A stretch of 64,000 nt of DNA from Rhynchobatus australiae. Taxonomy: Eukaryota. The DNA is taken from the NCBI GenBank assembly GCA_034780895.1, contig JAUZTB010000001.1:44172841-44236840 (forward strand), written 5' to 3'. The notes beneath the pieces were generated by a model. It was not told the origin of the DNA, searched no databases, and saw only the letters and a program-made list of their open reading frames with translations. A program made the position numbers and the translations under genes. Shown one piece after another: positions 1 to 13,742 of the stretch; the first letter of the stretch is position 1; each line of letters starts with the position of its first letter.

Positions 1-642
1 CATTTTGGTAGGTCAAATATGATGGCAGAATATAGTATTAATGGTAGGACTCTTGGCAGTGTGGAGGATCAGAGGGACCTTGGGGTCTGAGAGGTAATAT
101 TGTAGCTATATAGGACCCCGATCAGACCCCACTTAGTGTACTGTGCTCAGTTCTGGTCACCTCACTACAGGAAGGATGTGGAAGAAAGGGTGCAGAAGAG
201 TTTTACAAGGATGCTGCCAGGATTGGGGAGCATGCCTTATGAAAACAAGCTGAGTGAACTCGGCTCAGAGGATGAGAGGTGACCTGATAGAGGTGTATAA
301 GATGATAAGAGGCATTGATCATGTGGATAGTCAGAGGCTTTTTCCCAGTGCTGAATTGGTGGCTACAAGAGGACACAGGTTTAAGGTGCTGGGAAGTAGG
401 TGCAGAGGAGATGTCAGCGTAGATTTTTTTTTACTCAGAGTGGTGAGTGTGTCAATGGGCTGCTGGCTACAGTGGTGGTGGTGGATATGATAGGGTCTTT
501 TAAGAGACTTTTGGAATAGGTACATGGAGCTTAGAAAAGTAGAGGGCTATAGGTAAGCCTAGTAATTGTAAGGTAGGGACATGTTCGGCATAACTTTGTG
601 GGCCAAAGGGCCTGTTTTGTGCTGTAGGTTTTCTATATTTTT
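1..642 (+). mobile_element. CR1-type LINE 3' fragment (young subfamily)
   Basis: RT C-terminal remnant RMRGDLIEVYKMIRGIDHV...TRGH. The 3' tail is shared with copies near 44000, 51515 and 52641. Confidence 0.88.
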
Positions 643-1015
643 AAAATAAAATTACTGGACTTATCTTGCTTAGATTTTTCAATATTCTCTACAGGACAGG
701 GAACCGCCATTCATATGAATAGTTATGCCCCTCCTGTGTGGGTTTGGCTGGTTTAGAATTGACAAGGTAGATTACCCTGCACTTGGGCTTCACTGCCAAA
801 CTCCACATGGAATCTGGTGACACAGCAGAGTGACAGATGCACTACTTCAGTTGAATGCTATTATTCATTTTACTATCATATGATTTGCATAAAATATAAA
901 GTCTGATTTTAAATTCTATCTAATAGATCATGGCATATGTACTTCAAAGAAAGATTTGCTGCTTGGAAGTAGGCTCAGTTTTCTTTTCCATGTAAAGATG
1001 AAATTCTATCAATAC

Positions 1016-1132
1016 CTTAAAAGCTGACTCCAGACTTCCAGAATCATGAAATGCAAGGTTCAGCACCGAGCCCAGGCGTTGGTCAAAATCATATATACAC
1101 GCCATGTATCTGCAGTGATCAGACAAAAATTC
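1016..1132 (-). CDS. DNAH11-like coding exon 9 (gene continues beyond the window start)
   Basis: ctgcag|GAA...AAG|GTATTG, 117 nt. Encodes EFLSDHCRYMACIYDFDQRLGSVLNLAFHDSGSLESAFK. Confidence 0.92.
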
Positions 1133-1350
1133 CTGCAGAGTGCAATGAATACATTTAGATTTGTGAATAATTTAGTTTACATTATTTATTTTTAAAACAT
1201 ACTTTTATAATTGAATACAAATACTAAACAAAATTCTTAAGTCTTTAAATTGGCACAAGACCCATTACAAAGTTTAAAGTTAACTTTAGAATGCAGATAC
1301 TGCAAAATGCAACTATATCTGAAGTTTCACTCCTTGAAAGAGAGCAGTAC

Positions 1351-1518
1351 CATATTATCGCAATCCAGTGGATCGTACTTGCTATCTCCAAATACTCGCC
1401 AACATTCCTGAAATTCTTCATTGATACTGTCAAATTTTTCATTGAAAGCTTTTCCTTTGGAACCTCCTATTACAATTTTCTCTAATTTAAGAAATTCAAT
1501 AGCAGTGGTGAAGAGCTC
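1351..1518 (-). CDS. DNAH11-like coding exon 8
   Basis: tttcag|GAG...ATG|GTACTG, 168 nt. Encodes ELFTTAIEFLKLEKIVIGGSKG...SKYDPLDCDNM. This frame is not in the ORF track. Confidence 0.9.
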
Positions 1519-2206
1519 CTGAAAGCAAATTTACAATGAGCAACTAACCTTTAAAACCATGAACATGGTATCTTATGAATTTTGTTTCATAGAATCATAA
1601 AATGTCACAGTACAGGGGGTAGTCATTTTGTCTTCATGCCTGTGCCAGCCCTTTGGTAGAACTATCCAATTAGTCCCACTTCTCCACCATAATGCAAACA
1701 TTTTGCCTTCACAGATATCAAACTCTCTTTATAAAGTTGTTTTCAAATCTGCTTCCACCATCCTTTCCCTCAAATCATAAAAACATTGGTCATAAAAATT
1801 ATTACATTGTTTGCCATTCCTTTGGGAATCACCATTAAACTATTTCCTTCAGTTACTGACCCCAAGGCTAATTGAAACTATTAGATTCTACTCACCCGAA
1901 ATAATTACTGAATTTCAAATTCCTACATCAAACTTCTTCTGTTCCATAGGAACAATCCAAGCTATTGTCCTTTGACACAAAAGTCTCTCAACCTTAATGT
2001 CATTCTAGTACACCTCTCCAAGGCTTTTTTATCTCTCTCAATATGTGGTATCAAGAGTGGACATTTATCAAAGTCACATTTATCTTCTATTTTCTATAAA
2101 TATCAGCAGTAACAATTAGAATCTTTAAACTGATAATGCTGAGATACACTAAAATAGGTACTATTAACAGATCTTTGTTTACACACGTATAACCGAGTTT
2201 ACTCAC

Positions 2207-2440
2207 CTCAGTTTTCAACAATCTGTCAAGAAACCTATCAAAATGAGCAAAGACCATTTGTGATGGGAAGTCCCAGTGCTTCACTTCCAATGTGCTGTTG
2301 TAATAGCAGGAAATCTTTAATCTGTGTTGATGAAAACAATTCTTGAAGGTTTTGAATACATGTATGGTAACTTGCACCTTCTCTAATGCCTCTTCAATCT
2401 CAACTTTAAAAATCTCTTCAGGAACCAGATAATTTAAAGC
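2207..2440 (-). CDS. DNAH11-like coding exon 7
   Basis: aatag|GCT...GAG|GTGAGT, 234 nt. Encodes ALNYLVPEEIFKVEIEEALEKVQV...WDFPSQMVFAHFDRFLDRLLKTE. Confidence 0.93.
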
Positions 2441-3395
2441 CTATTGACAAAACATACAAATATTGAAATTAAAAATAATGAATATTTATAGTACATGCAC
2501 ACAAGACAACAGCTGATAAGGGACTCCAAATACAAAGCTTCTCAACTGAAATTCTGTTATTGTCAAAAGATCAAACTTTTTTTTAATGACTTTTGTTTTA
2601 TTGTTGCTCTCAGCTGCTGTGGTTACATCAATCAAATTCAGGAAAGTTTTGTAGAATATATTCAAAAATCACATTTCACTTCATGAAAATGTCATAGGAC
2701 TCTTTCAAAAATTGTCCAGAAACAAGTAAATGTAAATAAGATGAATCACAACAGTTCTGATCACCATAAATTGCTTAAAAAAACAGGTTTAAAAGGACTT
2801 CATCTAATATTAACAAATCCATAAGGGTACATAGAATACAGCNNNNNNNNNNNNNNNNNNNNNNNNNNNNNNNNNNNNNNNNNNNNNNNNNNNNNNNNNN
2901 NNNNNNNNNNNNNNNNNNNNNNNNNNNNNNNNNNNNNNNNNNNNNNNNNNNNNNNNNNNNNNNNNNNNNNNNNNNNNNNNNNNNNNNNNNNNNNNNNNNN
3001 NNNNNNNNNNNNNNNNNNNNNNNNNNNNNNNNNNNNNNNNNNNNNNNNNNNNNNNNNNNNNNNNNNNNNNNNNNNNNNNNNNNNNNNNNNNNNNNNNNNN
3101 NNNNNNNNNNNNNNNNNNNNNNNNNNNNNNNNNNNNNNNNNNNNNNNNNNNNNNNNNNNNNNNNNNNNNNNNNNNNNNNNNNNNNNNNNNNNNNNNNNNN
3201 NNNNNNNNNNNNNNNNNNNNNNNNNNNNNNNNNNNNNNNNNNNNNNNNNNNNNNNNNNNNNNNNNNNNNNNNNNNNNNNNNNNNNNNNNNNNNNNNNNNN
3301 NNNNNNNNNNNNNNNNNNNNNNNNNNNNNNNNNNNNNNNNNNNNNNNNNNNNNNNNNNNNNNNNNNNNNNNNNNNNNNNNNNNNNNNNNNNNNNN

Positions 3396-5320
3396 GCCAG
3401 AGGAGCTGTAGAAGTGGGTACAATAATGATGTTCAAAATGTATTTGGACAGAAAAGGTTTAGAGGGATACGGGCCAAACACAGGCAAACGTGGCTAGCTC
3501 ATATAGACAGCTTGGTTGACGTGGATGAGTTGGGCTGAAGAGCGTGTATACATGCTGTTTAACTATGACTCTAAGCTAAATGACTGGAAGTAATGTAGCG
3601 GAATGAGTACAATGTGGAAAAGTGTGACCTTATCCACTAAAACAAATGCTGAGTATTTTTCAAATGCTGAGAGACTGGAAGACATTGGCACTCAAAAAGG
3701 ACTTGTGTCTTTGTACACACATCACTGAAAACTAACACGCAGGTCCAGCAGGCAATGAAACAAAAGGCAAGTTGGCCTGATTATTAAAAGATTTGAGTAC
3801 AAGAGTAAAGATGTCTTACTACAATTATCTAGGGTCTTGATGAAATTACACCTGAAGTATTATGTACAATTTTGGTCTCCTTACCTAAAAGTATATACAG
3901 TACACTTGCTATACATAAAATGAGCAATTTTGAATTTATTCTACAAACTTTCCTGACTAGACTGGATCCTTGGAAAGCATGTGCAGCATTTGAATTGGCT
4001 GGTTCTCTACTCTCCAAGCACAAAATTCTTAGCGGGCTCGGCAAGGTCAGTATTGGAAGGTTTTTTTTTCCCTCCTAGCCAAGGAATCTCGAACTAGGGG
4101 CCAGTCTCAAAATTAGGGGCAAGCTATTTAGAACATGAAAAATAAGAACAGTACGCCACCTGACCCTTCAAACTTAGGCTGCCATTCATTAAAACCATAG
4201 CTAATCTTCTACCTCAATGCCATTTTCCAGCACTTTCCCTATATCTTTGATTCTCTTAACATCCAGAAATCTACCCACTTTGAATGGTCACAATGGATGA
4301 GCCACCACACCATCCAAATGAAGAACTATCACCTCATTCCATTCCTAAACCACCTACCCTTTATTCTGAAACCATTCCTTTGGTCCTAGATTCAGTCAGG
4401 TGAAACATCCCCACTGTATCTCATCAAGCCCTTAAAGCATGTTTTGACAAGATATCCTTTCATTCTTCTCAGGTCTAGAGAATACAGTCCCGATTTATTC
4501 AAACCCTCCTTATACAACAAAGCCCACCATTGCTGGAACCAATCTATTGAAACCTTGTTGCACTATGACAACTACATCCTTTCTTGAGTAAGGAAACTAA
4601 AACTACCTACAGTGCTCCAGGTATAGTCTCACCAAGGCCTTAAAGCAATTGCATTAAGCCTTCCTTACTCTTGTATTCAATCTCATAAAGACAAACATAG
4701 CATTTTTCCTCTCAATCATTTATGACATTTTCTTGTTGTCCTTCAGCAGCTTGTGTACAAGAGCATCGAAGTCCCTTTGAACATCAACACTACTCAACTC
4801 TCACCATTTAACAAATACCTTGTTTTTCTATTAAGTGTATCAAAGTGGATTCCATATTAAATTCCCCCCAGTCCCACAGCTTANNNNNNNNNNNNNNNNN
4901 NNNNNNNNNNNNNNNNNNNNNNNNNNNNNNNNNNNNNNNNNNNNNNNNNAAACCAGGTTCTCTCACTGATATCGAATGTGAAAAGCACCAAACCCCACAG
5001 AACCTCACTGTCCACAGCCTGCCACACAATAACCTATTTATTCCTACTTTGGTTTTTTTCCCCTCCAGCCTACTCTTTTGGGACTGAAATGAGAAATTTC
5101 TTTGGATAACGATGAATCTTTGAAATTCTCTCCACTGGAGGGTTACGGAGGTTGAATCATTGCATTTAAAATGGACTTCTACAAATTTCTGGGAATTAAA
5201 GATAGAAAGCAGAATAGACAATAAAATGTTTGAGGTAGAGGATCATCCCTGACTGACCTTGTGTAATGGCAGGGCTGGCTTAAGGGTCCAAATGTCCTAC
5301 TCTCACTTCTATTTCATTTG
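3396..5320. mobile_element. Cluster of decayed or nested CR1-type LINE fragments on both strands
   Basis: CR1 tail 3396-3572 (+), RT remnant ~3575-4130 (+), reverse-strand fragment ~4135-4860, and a plus-strand continuation ~5090-5320. Confidence 0.7.
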
Positions 5321-5794
5321 TACTTGCACCAGCCGCTTCAACGTTGTCATCCATTACAAAACTCGTGATTCAAAATTGTGATGCGGCAAATAAGGGTAAT
5401 GAATAGGATGCAACACTTCATACATTATATTCATAGAGAAAAATCATTATGTCAAACCTTTGGCTGAATATGTACAAATCTATACTTAAAGCTAATAATC
5501 CAGGATGCACAGAAGTATTTTTTATTTGAAGCACCAACTGTTTCAATGCATTTTCAGTTATCTTTCCTCCATTATTATTGAAATAGTATTTTATAAAAGC
5601 ATTATCTTCATGAAAGATAGACTGGAAACCTTTTTATACTCATCAGAAAAGTTATTTATAATCTGTTGCCACAATTGCAATGGCACAAGGAATACAATTT
5701 AGGAAAATTTATGACCATCGTATACTTTTGTAAATAAACTAGTAATTCAGGATACACAAAGCTCAAGGTATCACCATATGCATTATATTCTTAC

Positions 5795-6006
5795 CTGGTT
5801 GATGATTAAATTGCAGAATTCTTGTAGCAAGACAATAATTCTTGATGGGAAACAATAATATCTGGAATGGCTCCATATTAAGCAGATAGTGTGGAAAAGG
5901 GGAGTAATAAGTTGTTCAATTTCAGGGAAGTTTGATTCTTCCAGTTGGGAAAGATGATATTTCAAAGGTCGAAGATGCAATTCAATGTCCTGAGCCTCTG
6001 AGACAG
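5795..6006 (-). CDS. DNAH11-like coding exon 6
   Basis: ttgcag|CT...CAG|GTAAGA, 212 nt. Encodes [12 protein letters not shown]...[36 protein letters not shown], very close to recalled DNAH11. Confidence 0.95.
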
Positions 6007-7196
6007 CTGCAAATGAGGATTGACGATTATTTTATGATGATTAAGTAACACCTCTAAGAAAACATTGAGGACTTAAAAGATACCTTGGAACATCACCTGT
6101 GACAAGTCAGATAATAACTACTGTTTGGGTTACATTGGGCATTTGCAAATGTCTTCCAATTGTATGATAGGAAAAACAACCCAAAATTACTTTTTATTGC
6201 TATTTCACACCTAGTTAAGAGCACAGGGTTATAAACAAGACCAAGGTTATAAACCAAAGGATTTTTGTTTATAATTATTTACAGCTTTAAAATATCAGTT
6301 TTAATACACGTTTTAAAGCCTTCAAATTGTCACATTTCAAAATGCAGATTCCATTTTAACGTTTAATTTGTTAACAATGAATGCAGTATTTTTAATGTAT
6401 TTTTCCAGGAATTTATTTTGTAGGACTTGCCTGGAGGAGTGATACAAAAAGCAAACATACAAACAACCATATGAATAATATTTTTAAAATGCAAATTCCT
6501 GCAGCATGTGACAAAATAAAATGCTGGAAAGATACAACAAGTTAATCATTATTAGGCAGTATCAGACAATTCAAGTCTTTTGTCCAGCCTGAATTTGAAG
6601 ACAAATTCTCAACTTTGCAACTACAGGTCAGGAGAAATGGGAGAAACAGGTCTTTGAGATTGGATGGGGAAAAAAAAGCAATAAAAATCTCAACCAAAAT
6701 CCCAAAGAAGGCAGTCATCTGTCAAAATTCCTACTTCTCTCTCTACAGCTGCCGCCTTTACTGCTGAGTATTTCTAACATTGTGTTTTTAAGTTTGCAGC
6801 ATCCACAGTACTTTCCTTCTGCATTTCTGCTTAGGAATAGTCTGAGCATAAGGAAAACAATAATATACAATAGTCTACAATGTTCATCCATGTACTGATA
6901 TTGCTGCTTCCAGGCAGCTGTCCAAATCCCAGCGTCTCCCCTTTCAGTTGTTTTCTCTTGACACCAACAAAATATGCTCAATACTTTGCATGTACTAAGA
7001 AACAATGTCAATTTAAAAGTTCATCTTAGATGCATCACTTGCATTTGCTTCTGAAAATAGGATGAAATAATAGTTCTTAAGTGTTTTCTAAATTTCAGGA
7101 AGTCTTTCAGTTTAACATATCCAGATGCCTGGTTATTTAATTTTGAAACACACTATACGACTTTTCATAGTTCACTATCTTATAGCAGTGAGTTAC

Positions 7197-7296
7197 CTTC
7201 TCTTAATTTTAAGATAATGTTTTTGAATGTGGAGTAGTAGCTGCTTCTTGTAATTTTCAGAATATCAGCTATTTTGCAAACCTTGGGATGCTGGAG
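7197..7296 (-). CDS. DNAH11-like coding exon 5
   Basis: ccttaag|CTC...G|GTAACT, 100 nt. Encodes LQHPKVCKIADILKITRSSYYSTFKNIILKLRE. Not in the ORF track. Confidence 0.88.
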
Positions 7297-7689
7297 CTTA
7301 AGGAAACAATTGTAGAGTTATTATCATTAAAATTACTGCAGTAAAGTCAATCTTTTCTGATCTAAAATGATAAAATATCTCATCTTAATGTACAGATATA
7401 TAGGTACTAAATTTTGAGGAAAAGTACTGGCACTGCCAAGCTGCCAGCATTTCCCCTATGCAATTGCCAGCAAGTTTGGAGTTTTGAATTAAGAATTTGC
7501 ACATTTGTGCACGCAAAATCAATTTCCTGACAGTATATTCATGCTGTCTTCTTCATGAAGACTGGTATTACAGTGAAGTTGCATATCCTTATCCTGGTGA
7601 ATACCACCAACTTGAGTTTGCCTTTTATACTAGATCATTGGGAACCACTTGACAACTACCATTTGCAAATAAAAATAGACACAAAAACG

Positions 7690-8640
7690 TTGTCAACTTT
7701 GGATTTTTGGACAGGAAACAGATGGCAAACATAAATGGATCATTTCTATGATAGCAGTGGGGTCCTAGAGATCTGTGTTTAGGCATCAACTATCAACAAG
7801 AACAGTGATGAAGTAACCCAGTTTAGTATTTCTGGATTCCCTGGTGATATTAAGCAATACAAGTTGTAAGGATGACTCAAGAGACCAAGTTAAATGATTG
7901 TCCTGTTGGGACAATGGGGGGGGGGGGGGGGGGANNNNNNNNNNNNNNNNNNNNNNNNNNNNNNNNNNNNNNNNNNNNNNNNNGAGAAACAGTGAACATA
8001 TTGAGGTAATTAGTGAATATTGGCAAGCAATGATATTTAGGGGTGCTTGCACACAAATCTCAAAACATTAATGTAGGTACAGCAAGTAATTACAATGGCA
8101 TATTAGCCTTTGCCGCAAGGAAATTAGAGGGAAGTATTACTGAAGCTATATAGGAGTGAGATCAAAACTGGAATAATATATAGCTTTGGTCTCAGTAACC
8201 ATTATTGGAGGGACAAAGCAAAGGATCACTAGATTTATTTCTATGGTGAGAAGGCTGTCCTTTGAGCAGAATGAGCTACCTACTCTTGGAGATCAGTCAA
8301 ATTAAATTTAAAATGCTTATTGAGCTTAACAGGGTAGATGCTGAGAGGTTTTGCACTTCCCCTGGCTGGACAGTAAAATAGTGCCTAACTGGTCATTGGT
8401 CTAGTTATAGGGCAGACTAATTAGGGCTGAGATCAGAGGAAATGTCTTCACTTAGATCCATATTTTGTAGAATTCTCTTCTACAAAAATTTAGTAGATGC
8501 TCAGTAGATTAATACATTCAAGTCAGATTGATGGATTCTTGAACACCATGGAAATCAAGCAATGCAGGATAGGCTGAAAGACAAGTGGATCTTCATCCGT
8601 GATTTTAATGAATGACAGAACAGGCTCAAAGATCTATGCA
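7690..8640 (+). mobile_element. Decayed CR1-type LINE
   Basis: Degenerate RT and 3' segments resembling the other CR1 copies in the window. Confidence 0.6.
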
Positions 8641-9232
8641 ACTTTCTCCTACACCTTATCAAGGCAAATTAAGATAGCTTTTTTAAGTTCATTTTTTGGG
8701 ATTATGGACATGGCTGGCAAGCCCAGTATTTATTGTCCTTTTCTTATTGTGCCCAAAGTGGCTTGTTCGGCTGTTTTGAGTGGACATTTTTTGAATCAAG
8801 CACATTTACTGCAAGTCTGGAGTGACATTTGGGTCAGCCCAGTTAAGATGTTCCCCTTTGAAAAAGATCAGTGAAACATACAGCTTTTTAATGGCAATCT
8901 GGTAACTTTGAGATTGTCATAACAAAAATGGTCATCATTTGTACTTATCACAGATTAATAGTCAGATTTTAAAATTCCACAGTTTCGTGTATTTGAACTT
9001 GGATCTCTGGATAGTGAGGCCAAGCCTCTGGAATAGATGTTCGACAACTTATCTAACACTTGTTACATACCTCATAGTTACTTTACAAACTATATTCAAA
9101 AACACTGACACAATTTCTTTTTTTTAAAACCATAAGAGCAAACATTTCATGTTAGTGCCATGCTTTAAATTACAGTGACGGCCAAATGCTATCAAAAAGG
9201 CATTGAATTTGCATCAGAATCTACATACCAAC

Positions 9233-9422
9233 CTGTCTATATATTCCAAGCAAGTTTTCTTTTCTTGCTATCCAGAAGTAAATTTCTGCACTTGGTATAG
9301 GATTGAATTCTTCAAACAAGACTTGGGCAGAATCTTGCTTGATAATATCCATTACCTGGTGTGCCCATTGAATTACCATGGATTCAACAGAATGAAGTGT
9401 TGATCTGTCCACTTGTGGAAGG
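9233..9422 (-). CDS. DNAH11-like coding exon 4 (start of the DHC_N1 region)
   Basis: tgtag|C...CAG|GTTGGT, 190 nt. Encodes LHSVESMVIQWAHQVMDIIKQDS...PSAEIYFWIARKENLLGIYRQ. Confidence 0.92.
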
Positions 9423-10619
9423 CTACACAAATAGAGCCACTCAATAAGTTAGATCATTTGGGATCACCTGGCCAGTTTATTTCAACTGCAAATATGTACA
9501 GTAGAAGATTCCAGTACAAATTCCTTAGCATTGAACAGTATTTAGATTATGCATTAAATATGGATTATCAGTGCTTTTTGTTGAACATTATGCTTTATAA
9601 GTAAATAAATACTNNNNNNNNNNNNNNNNNNNNNNNNNNNNNNNNNNNNNNNNNNNNNNNNNNNNNNNNNNNNNNNNNNNNNNNNNNNNNNNNNNNNNNN
9701 NNNNNNNNNNNNNGAACATTATGCTTTATAAGTAAATAAATACTTTGAAACTATACAAAACTAAATTTTTTTTATATAAAAAGTGTCAACAAATTTGGAT
9801 TTTGGATATTTTAGGACAATGGATGTTGGACTAGAAATCTACTGTTACTAAAAGCTTCACACGTGAAATGCACATATTTAAAATCATAAATTCAAAGTTG
9901 GTATAAAGATTTATAAGACAATTTCTGAAAATTCCACGAGGCAGAACTACAGCTAATTTGCTTGGCTATGGAAATGATTTTCATAGCTTTTTTTGAAGTT
10001 GCTCCTTGCTCGAATTGATTCATTTATAGTCCACCAACATCACCAAACCCCACATTTGTTGTCTGTTTCTGATCACACTTGAAGATACTAGAAAGTAGTT
10101 TGCTAAGCCACTTCTAAGGGCAGTTAAGAGTCAATCATGTTGGCAAGAACCAGTCAATCATGCAACTGGATAAACACGCACATTTCCTTCCCTTTTGGCC
10201 ATTGCTGAGCCTGATGGATTTTATCGATCAAATTTTCATGTCTTTTTATATTAATAATTAGTGAATGACATTCTTCTGTTGTTTTTATCTCAAAGTCAAT
10301 TTTGTACCTTCCTGCTCCACCGTTTCTTCCCATATTCCACCAGTTGTCAACCTATCTAGAAATACTCCAGGTTNNNNNNNNNNNNNNNNNNNNNNNNNNN
10401 NNNNNNNNNNNNNNNNNNNNNNNNNNNNNNNNNNCCAATAAAAATTCCAGGGAAAATCTGATCCACCTGTGGCAGAAGAATTTAGGGATAGTACTAAATT
10501 GGAAGCGGCTTATACTAGTTCCGAGGACTGCTTTTTTTTTAAAACTCTCCTAAAGAACAAAAAAATTTAACAAGGTTTGTTTTAACATTTCATGTAAAAA
10601 ATCAAAATATAGATAAGAC

Positions 10620-11345
10620 AGCAGTAATTATGAGAAATGGAAATGTCACATCAAACACTAGCTCCATGCAAGAGCAATCTAGTTCTCCATTGCCCTCTCT
10701 CCCTACCGCCTTGCAAAAGTTCCCTTTAAATGTTAGTTGAATCTATGCCCATCCCAACCACCATCTGCTATTCCTAGCAGTGCATTCAAGACCCTAACCA
10801 CTTCCTGTTTAGAAAGTTTCAGAATTGTCACCAACTTCTTTGCCATTCACCTCCATATTATATCTCCTCGTTCTTGAAAGCTCTACCATTGTGAACAGTT
10901 TCTCCACCTACACAGCTTGAACCTCTCACAATTCTAAAGATTTCCAGCTTCTCCAGTTAATGGGTCATAATTGAAGTCCCTCATCCCTGGAGTCATTTTG
11001 GTAAATTTCTTCTGCACCCTCTCCTAAAGATTCCATATCCTTCCTGAAGCATCAGGAACAAGGTATAATACCAGTGTTTTAAATGTTCAGCAGGATTTCC
11101 TTGCTCTTGTATTTCACACCTCTACAGCTATCTTATAAAGCCTATGATTACATATACCTTTTTAACCACTTGCTCTACCCCACATGCTACTCTTAAGGAA
11201 CCCCCAGATCTATGTCCTTTTATCCATTTTAGAACTGTGCCCTCATGTTTGTATTGCCTTATTTCATTTTCTCTTTCAAAATGTAACACTTCACATTTCT
11301 CAGCATTAAGTTTTATCTGCCATCTGTCCACTCAATCCACCAGCC
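10620..11345 (-). mobile_element. Decayed CR1-type LINE
   Basis: Minus-strand ORF WQIKLNAEKCEVLHF, a typical CR1 RT motif. Confidence 0.8.
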
Positions 11346-11968
11346 TATATCACCTTGAAAATGTGCCTGGTACACCCAAGTATCTCTCTCACACACACAC
11401 TTCCCTCCAGTCCCATGAATTTTTTTTTTGGCATAAGTTAAACTTGAATTACACAGTAGTACCATTCTGGAACCAGATATGCACAAGTTGGGAAAGCTAA
11501 TCAGAACAGTTCAATTGTCACTGAAAACTTATCAAATGTAAAAGAGAATTGAGATTCACATTCAAGATGATGAAGTGTGATTTTTAGTAGTTTATCACTC
11601 AGGTGGTGATCGACCATTGTGTTGATATAACCTTGAATAGAAAGACTTTCATGATCAATTTCACATTATCAGAATAGAGGACAAGAGCACTCCTACTATG
11701 AAATGATTGAGAATATAAAGTATGAAGTTATATTTCTAGTTAGTACTTTATCAGTTTCTGCAACTTCCTTCATGTATTAAAAACTGCTCATCCACTTCCA
11801 TTTTCAAAAAAATATTTCCGTTGCAACCTATCACAATATTTTGGAAGATCTTCAGAGATAAAATTGAAATGAAGCATTACTATCTCCAAAATAGTTCCTT
11901 CCAAAAGCAAACCCAAACAGACAATATTTGCTTATGACTACCTAAGAAAAATCAGTGAAAGGGCATAC

Positions 11969-12168
11969 TTATCTGGACTTTCCACATCTTGAGTTTCAAA
12001 GACACTTTCAGGAACTAGAGGCAATGGCAAAATAGTTTTCCCTTCCATTTGTCCATGAACAACAAATATTTTGCTTTTTATAGTTTCTACATGTCTTTGG
12101 ATATCATGTGACACAGCCTGTGGCCACCCTGAATGAATATTTGTATTGGACAGAACAGGAACCAGAAC
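11969..12168 (-). CDS. DNAH11-like coding exon 3
   Basis: atgcag|GTT...AA|GTATGC, 200 nt. Encodes VLVPVLSNTNIHSGWPQAVSHDIQRHVE...GKTILPLP. Confidence 0.9.
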
Positions 12169-13475
12169 CTGCATGAAATACATAAAAAACACAATGCAAG
12201 AGAACACAGGTTATAACAAAAATAGTAATAACTAGAATTCAATTGTAACCCAACTTAAGTAACTTTGGACAAAAGGGCAAGAAACCTAGCTGTTATGCTG
12301 AAGACCTACAGAACAAAAATTATCAATTAGTCTTTTGGTCAAGCTATCTCAGACACCCAAATGTGGAAGATTGTCCAGNNNNNNNNNNNNNNNNNNNNNN
12401 NNNNNNNNNNNNNNNNNNNNNNNNNNNNNNNNNNNNNNNNNNNNNNNNNNNNNNNNNNNNNNNNNNNNNNNNNNNNNNCCAGGGATAGCCTACTCCACAA
12501 ATCTCATCCAGTAATACATCAGCTGTCTACTACCAAAGTAAAATGATCGAAGTAATTAACAATATCACCCAGATCTATTCATCAACAAGAGTGCAGGATC
12601 ACCAGAACTGTTCAGTATTGAACTTCATTACAACCTTCAACCAGATATTAAAACTTGAGTTCAGAGCCAGAAGAAATACAAAAGTTAGTACAGTCACTGT
12701 CTAAATAATATTCAAATGAGTGAGGTACCAAGATTCACCCTGGGTACCTGGTACAACCCTTGCTTGAATAATATCAAGACTGATAATTTGGGCTCAAATT
12801 GGGTTTGACTTCACTGTATCGTACTCGTCACATTACTGGCCTAATAATCCAATGGCCACTCATTACCACCTTCCATATTCCTTAAACTCATGGATTGGTG
12901 TTCCCCCACATTTAACATCATTTAAAAGAAAGTTCTGATGGTTGCAAGGCACCAAACGTACTCCAGGTGGTGAACATCAGTGTGTATCACCAAGAGTGGC
13001 TCAATAACACCAGTTATAGCTGAATCCTGAAGGACATACCTGCTATTCTGGATTGGGGCAGAGGATGACAGAGCCAACACAAGGGAAGAAATCATTGTCC
13101 TCATCCTCACTGCTGACTTGCCATAGATTTATTAGCCCATAGAAGTATTTGTTGGAGTAGCCAATCTTGTGGAGATGAAGTCCTACCATCACAGTCCAAA
13201 TTCTGTGGCACTTCCACAATGGTAGATTCAGAATACATTTACCAATTTAAAAGTGGGCATTGATAGGACTTGGTAAGCCATCAGCAAGGACAGAATTGTA
13301 TTCGAACACAACATACATCTTAAACCCTGGCATATTCTTTGTGCCAGGACCAAAAAGCTAGGCAACCAACAGCTCACTAATAAGCCGCAACTGAAATGCA
13401 TGTCAGGACCAATAACAGGCAAACATAAAGAACTGCCATCCTGAAGCTGCAACNNNNNNNNNNNNNNNNNNNNNN

Positions 13476-13742
13476 AGCAGCCCATGTTTAATCCTGACCT
13501 CCAGTGCTGTCCATGAGGAATTTGTATGCTCTCCCTGTGAATGCACAAGTGTCCCTCAGGTACTCCAGTTTGTTCCCACATTCCAAAGACACGTAGGTTG
13601 GTAGGTTAATTGGCCACTGTAAATTCACATTAGTGTGCAGATGAGTGGCTGAATCTGTGGGGAGCAGGTAGAGATGTGGGACTGGTGTAGGATTAATGTG
13701 AATAGTTGCTTGGTGACCTGCTTTTGTACCATCATGACTCCA
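13476..13742 (+). mobile_element. V-SINE (HE1-like)
   Basis: V-domain-like core ...cccacattccaaagacacgtaggttggtaggttaattggccactgtaaatt, repeated elsewhere in the window. Confidence 0.75.

Noticed and set aside
2800-3487. Long ORFs made mostly of X (also 29220-29646, 43786-44207 and 60663-61183)
   Set aside because: Ns contain no stop codons; no coding evidence.
9583-9744. Direct repeat on either side of a gap
   Set aside because: Identical sequence flanking a ~100-N gap indicates unmerged contig overlap.
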